DNA of 64,000 bases from positions 2,916,001 through 2,980,000 of the forward strand of contig MU053652.1 of assembly GCA_013239625.1 (NCBI GenBank). The letters run 5' to 3'. The DNA is from Lama guanicoe. Its lineage: Eukaryota. A model generated the notes under the pieces. The model was not told the DNA's origin. It saw only the letters and a program-made list of their open reading frames with translations, and did no database searches. The position numbers and the translations under genes are program-made. Of this stretch, positions 58,679 to 64,000 are shown piece by piece (within the stretch, counting starts at the first letter, position 1; each line of letters starts with the position of its first letter).

Positions 58679-61600
58679 GGGTGATTTGAAGGAGATTCAG
58701 CTGCTTCATTGAGGACTCCTGGTGTCATTATTTGTGAAGTTTTGTTTTTCGTTTTCTCTCATGGTCTGGTCAGTTTTCTCAGAGAGAAATCCTTCAGCCT
58801 CCTGCTGGGGGTCATTTCAGGCTCATGCAAACAGTGCAGGTATCACTGGAATAAGGGAAGTGTAGGCACTGAGGCCTTCACACGTGTAGGGGGAGGTTGC
58901 TGGGGAAGTGAAGGTCTTGAAAGTTACAGCCAGAGACTTGGTGACATTATCACTAAAGACTTGAGCCTGCAGCATGGGAGCCAGAGAAGCTGGAGGTCCC
59001 AGGAGAATCCAAGAAGCCACAGCATCTATCCACCAAAAGGTGACTTTCAAGTGGGAGCTTGTGGGGAGAGATCCATGAACCTGCTGCATCTGACTGTCGG
59101 AATAACGGCGTTCACGTCTCCCGGGCACCCAGACCTTGCGCCCGTCCCTGTCACTGGCGGACCAGACTGGAATCACGGGTTCTGGGGAGCGTGGTTCCCA
59201 GCCTTGGACGGACGGGCCTGGTGGCGGCCGTGAGCTGGCTGACGGCAGACAGTCCAGCACGGGGGGGTGTTATAATCCTGGCTGCCAGGTTCTGGAAGCT
59301 GAACTGCGGAAAGCGGCTGGAAGCGGCGCGGTGAGGAAAGCTCCCTGTTCGCAGCGTGGACTTAAATCTCGCCCTCTTTGTGGTGAGGCAGCTGAGCCTC
59401 CCTCGGCTGTGCCTGATACCCCTCAGTCCAGAGCTGCTCTGGTGCAAGCTCTTCAGAGAGTGGAGTTTGTGCTGGGGAGGACAGGGGAGGAGACCGGAGT
59501 TTAACTGGGCCCTTATCCAGACTTCACTTTTTTTTTTTTTTAGAAGACTAATGAAAGCTGTGGCCTCTCTCCCTTAAAAAAAGTACACACACACAAAACT
59601 GAGGATATTTTAGAAGGTTCACAGGCCCCTGAAGGCCTTCCAAGAACCCTCCGAGGATATGAACCCCCAAGTTCAGAACCTCTGGCTTGGGTCATCTCTG
59701 AGGTCTCTTTTAGATCCAACATTCTGATTTTCAAAGCTGTAAGACTGCAATGTAGTGTATTTCAAAGATGACATTTCAAGCTAGCCTTTTAAAGAGTTAA
59801 TGAAATAGTTTTCAATGTACTATTTATCGGGAAACCAAAAACTTCAGAGTCCAAGAATTAGTCTGAATTCAGTTCAGAGAGGTCAAGGAGCTTAGAGACT
59901 TAAGTGGCTTGTGGGCTTCTCGATGGTGAATCAGCCTGGCTAGTGGAAGGAGTGAGCAGAGAACAAAGAAACCGTCTCTCATTTGTTCATCGTGAAAAAT
60001 GTCATGGGATCATGGGGAGAAATCTAAGGAGAGGCTCGGCCGGCACGCATCTGGTGGAGGCCAGTTTCCATCAGTGGCCTCCCTGATGGTGCGCTCCTAT
60101 GGCACATGAATAATATGAATAATGATGTCAAGAAAACAAGCTGAACAGACTTGTAGACTACAGACCACAGGTAGAACTACGGGCGCTGGGTAATAGCATC
60201 ACTTGGTACCTAAATGACCCCATGTTGGTTTTGGTCTTTATCTGCAGCTCCTTAGGACCTGGAGGGCAGCGTAGCTCCTGGGGGTCAGTGCATGTTAATA
60301 CTCCACGTTTATAAGGAGATGATGACTTGTTGGCAGCTGAAAGTAAATGGCTGACAAGACAGCTGTTTTTCTGTATTGCTGAGAAAGATGAGAGGAATGA
60401 GGGCATCATTTTTGCCTAGGTCAGGAGGAACTGTTTAGGGAAAGGCCTCTATTCACCGGCCTCCAAAAAACTGGAGCAACGTGGCAGTTACAGTTCCTTA
60501 TCTCTGGACCTGAAGCGAGCTTAGATCACCCCTGTAATGCTTAATATCCTCATTCGATACTGGGCTGATGTGACCTGGAACCCCAGGTGTACGGCCACAG
60601 TAGGATTATCATTGAGTGGATGGATGCCACACCGCTGGAACCTCAGTGCCTTCTTCCTTTGCCTTAGTAATTTTGTTCACCCTCTTCTTTTGCATGCTGT
60701 AAGTTTCAGAGATTTGAGTCTTCTGAGTAAAAGTTACGTCTGATTGTTTCATACAGCATATAGTTCGTGGTAGCTCCACTGGCCAGTCATTCCTTTTTTA
60801 TAAATAAAGACTTTGAAGTGGGTTTTAACAGTATTTACCCCTTTCTACAGAGGTATCAGAAGGGAGAACTGTTCCGTGAGGGCTGGGAGGAGACACTGGC
60901 GTCTTCTCTGTTCTGCCCCATCTGTGCACACTGACCACCCACGGCTGCAAATTTTGATTTTCCTGAGACTGGAGCTTAGAACCCTATAGAAGTTGTGTTT
61001 CAAGTCGACAGAAGGATTTTTTGGCATTTAATTCCCATGACTTGCTTCTAGAGACATTCTGAGCTCCACACCCTTCATTTATTCTCTCTCAAGGCCAAGG
61101 AGCAAACTTTAGCCTACCGCTTTGGACCCACCCCGCTTTGAAAAGGCTTGTTCCAGCCAGGTGGCCTTAGTAGCCAGTGGCCAGCCCTGCCCACGGTGTG
61201 GGAACAATAGATGACTAGCTTGGCTGGCGCTGCCCTGGTATGTGGGTGTGGTTGGGAAGCTTCAGGCCAAACTGTGCAGACTTGCTATCTCAGGATTAGC
61301 ACTTTCTAAAGCCAGAGAAGAGATGAATGGCGATAGGCACATAATTCTTCCTTCTGGGAGGCGAAGGGGTCCGTAGGTGGACAGGGAGCTTAGCTGGTTC
61401 ATCAGAAGTCATAGGAGGAGGTCGGAGTGGAGGAGAAAGGTGGTGGAGCCTCTACAGCTTTGACAAATCCTGCCTCCAGGAAAACAAGAATCCGCAAAAT
61501 GGTGGCGCTGTCCCAGTCAGTACCAACCTTGAACATGTTGGACACCACCCGCCAGGGGTTGGGCAGAGATGCTGCAGGCCTGGCAGAGGTTGAGTAGCCA

Positions 61601-63199
61601 GCCGTGTGCCAAAGGCTTGATGTGGCAGGAGGTGGCAGGACCGAGGTGCTGCAGTGTGCCAGTTGGGCGCCAGCCTTCTTAGCTGTCAGAACTGGTCTTG
61701 GAAATAAGCACAACCTTTGGGCATACTTTTGTCAGAGGCATTTTCACTCTGTGAAAACAGCTGCCCCTCCCTGCAGGCTTCCTTCCTGTGACTGAACAGC
61801 CCAGGGGAGAAGGTCAAGGGCAGGCAGGAGAACAAGGACAAAGGAATAAGGTGTGGATTGTACAAAGCTGTGTTCTATTCTTGGCTCATTTACTGGCTTC
61901 CTGCGTATGCAAAACAAACCAAAAAATAGAGTTGGGTGGGGAAGAGGCTGGGAGAAATGTAAATGAACAGAGCTTCCACAACAAAACAGTGAACAGATAT
62001 GAGATTCTTGGGGAGACTCTGCCTGTGAATGACTTTGAAATGACCTTGGAAAAGGTCCTGTTTCTACACTGATGGGCTGAAAGAAACCACTAGATGAGGT
62101 CAGTAACAGTACTTTACTGAGATGTCTTGAATGAAAGTGGCAAAAGCCAGAAAGAGAAAAGGAGGGGTTGTGGACGTGCACATTGGCCTCTGTTAGCGGA
62201 AGATAATGTGGGGGCCAAGATGTGCTAGATACCCCTTGGGTGAGCTTCTCCTGTGCTCCTGCCTCTCACCCCAGCAGCAAGAGTTCTTTGGGGCTGGAGG
62301 GTGTGAAGATTTGGTCTGCTGAGTTGTAGGAGTGTCCCAGAAGTCCAGAACATGTGACTGATTCCTCTTCACCTTCTGGAGTACAACACTGGCCCTGGGA
62401 AGCAGCCATCCCCTGTTCCTTTAGTATCTCAGCAACCATTTGGCTGAATAAAGATTTGTTGAGCACCTACAATGTCTGGACACTGAGTGGTGAGCTCCTC
62501 TCTAACTTGCCCAGAACTCTGCTTCTTGCGCCATTTCTGCCACGAGATACTGGTAAACTGACAGTAAGTACCAGCTTTTCATGCTGTTGAAACCGCATGC
62601 TGTTTGCCCAGCAGGCCACAGTGTGTCTTTAAAGTACTGTTAAGTTCTGAGAAAGGGATCCCAGGAAGGGCAGGAGGAAACCCTGATGTTTAATTAGGTG
62701 AAAGATACTCTACTCTTCCTCCCAAGTCAGGAGAGGAAAGTCTGATCATGTAGTTTGTCCTTCGTGAACAAATTCCTGTGTCTCCTTTTGTTCGCACCAC
62801 CTCCGCACACTAATCTCCGCCTTGTTTGTTTGCAGAGAGCAGGTGGAGATGGAGCTGCAGTTGGTGTCCGTGGAACAGATTAAACGCTCTGTGCCCCGAC
62901 CTGCCTGTGACTGTCCTGCCCTGGTTGGCAGTGCTTGGAGGAACAAATGTAATCCACCTGAGCTCGCAGCAGGCAGGAGTCCTCAGAGTCATGACCAGGA
63001 TCTCGTAGCAAAGTGGGATTCATCTCTGCAAAGAAATTTATGGCTGATGAGACTTCATCAAGTCAGATACATCTGGCCTGAAGTGGAAGGTGAGTGGAAG
63101 GTCAAGACCAGAGCTCAGGACTCTGGAGGTTTTAGATCAGGATGGATTAACATCCTGTCATAATTCTTCTAGCACCTGGTAAGTCTGTTAAAACACACA

Positions 63200-63335
63200 G
63201 TACATCCCGCCTTCCATTAGAGTCACTCATATTCATGTTTTTCCTCACCTAATAGACCATAAATTTCTTAATGTCAGGGTCCACATTTCCCAGCACGTGC
63301 CTAGCACAATGTAGGCACTTTGTTGAATTGAACTG
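63200..63335 (+). mobile_element. L2 3' tail
   Basis: TAGACCATAAATTTCTTAATGTCAGGG...GTGCCTAGCACAATGTAGGCACTTTGTTGAATTGAA. Confidence 0.6.
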
Positions 63336-64000
63336 GCTTGAAAAGTGCTATTTCCCACAAATTCTCTTTAGAAGATGAACTTACGGTAAAGTTGCATGTC
63401 GGCAGAGCAGCCCCACCCTGGAGTGGGAACCCCCACTCTGAGAAGCAGAAGCTCTTTGTGGTCATTGCCTTAGGAACTATGGCATGACTATTACTATTCC
63501 ATTAGAAATTGAGGGGGAAAGTCTTGTATTTGACCTGCATTCAGTTTACTTTGGCACCGATTAGTTTTCTGACTATTTAAAAACCTCCTACTCATATTCC
63601 GATGGAGTTCAGAAACTGGGAGCATCCTAATCTGTGAAGTTTAGCCAGAAATTCTCCCGAGATCTCATTCCTCAAAAGGAGCTCAAGGGAGCAGATAAAC
63701 TGTATAGCTTAAATACACGGCTGTAGGAGGGCTACACTTTCCCTCATGTCACTTTAATGCATCCCACAGCTGTGAGCATGTAAATGTACTGCCGTGGTAG
63801 GAGTTGACTTTTCAAGATCAGAGGATTCAGCACCATGGTCAGAGCCAAAGAGATAACAAATTTGGGCCTGAAGTAAAATCCTCTCTGTAGGAGGGAAATA
63901 AAGGGAATCTTTTCCCAAAGAATTCTCCTTCCAAACAACGATACTACTACACATCTATTAGAATGACCAAAATTAAGAACACTGGCAACACCAAATGCCA

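Larger units (their letters stand above)
56700..58800 (-). mobile_element. Old, highly degenerate L1M body interrupted by the MLT1D-like LTR
   Basis: Long T-rich stretch giving Phe/Leu-rich spurious ORFs (57475-57843), typical of antisense ancient L1. Confidence 0.45.

Noticed and set aside
59520..59690. Possible hAT/MER5-like DNA transposon relic, with a similar stretch at about 22095-22170
   Set aside because: Resemblance is too weak to name or delimit without a database search.
1..64000. LINC-PINT micropeptide exon (PINT87aa) or neighbouring coding genes such as MKLN1 and KLF14
   Set aside because: No matching ORF recognised; by recalled synteny these lie outside the window.
1..64000. 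CRISPR arrays, operons or other prokaryotic systems
   Set aside because: The sequence is mammalian (MIR, L2, L1, MaLR, miR-29) and has no repeat-spacer arrays.

Overview
Mammalian non-coding DNA with no credible protein-coding gene. The firm landmark is the miR-29b-1~miR-29a cluster on the + strand (52192-52272 and 52585-52648). This places the window in the miR-29b-1/29a host region, which lies distal to LINC-PINT at 7q32 in human (recalled, not checked). A tRNA-derived Vic-1-type SINE, and no Alu, B1, Bov-tA, PRE-1 or SINEC element that I could recognise, point to a camelid. The rest is MIR/L2 relics, old and younger L1 3' ends (two with near-perfect target-site duplications), ERVL/MaLR solo LTRs, microsatellites and repeat-poor stretches rich in transcription-factor motifs. 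From motifs alone I infer a host-transcript layout: a distal promoter and first exon near 20.3-20.5 kb, a possible second TATA promoter near 42.2 kb, candidate internal exons, and a strong splice acceptor 58 nt before pre-miR-29b-1. I found no evidence of a wholly new biological system. The most promising leads concern regulation and RNA processing of pri-miR-29 and are hypotheses. Repeat boundaries without TSDs are approximate, and family names come from recalled consensus similarity, not database searches.
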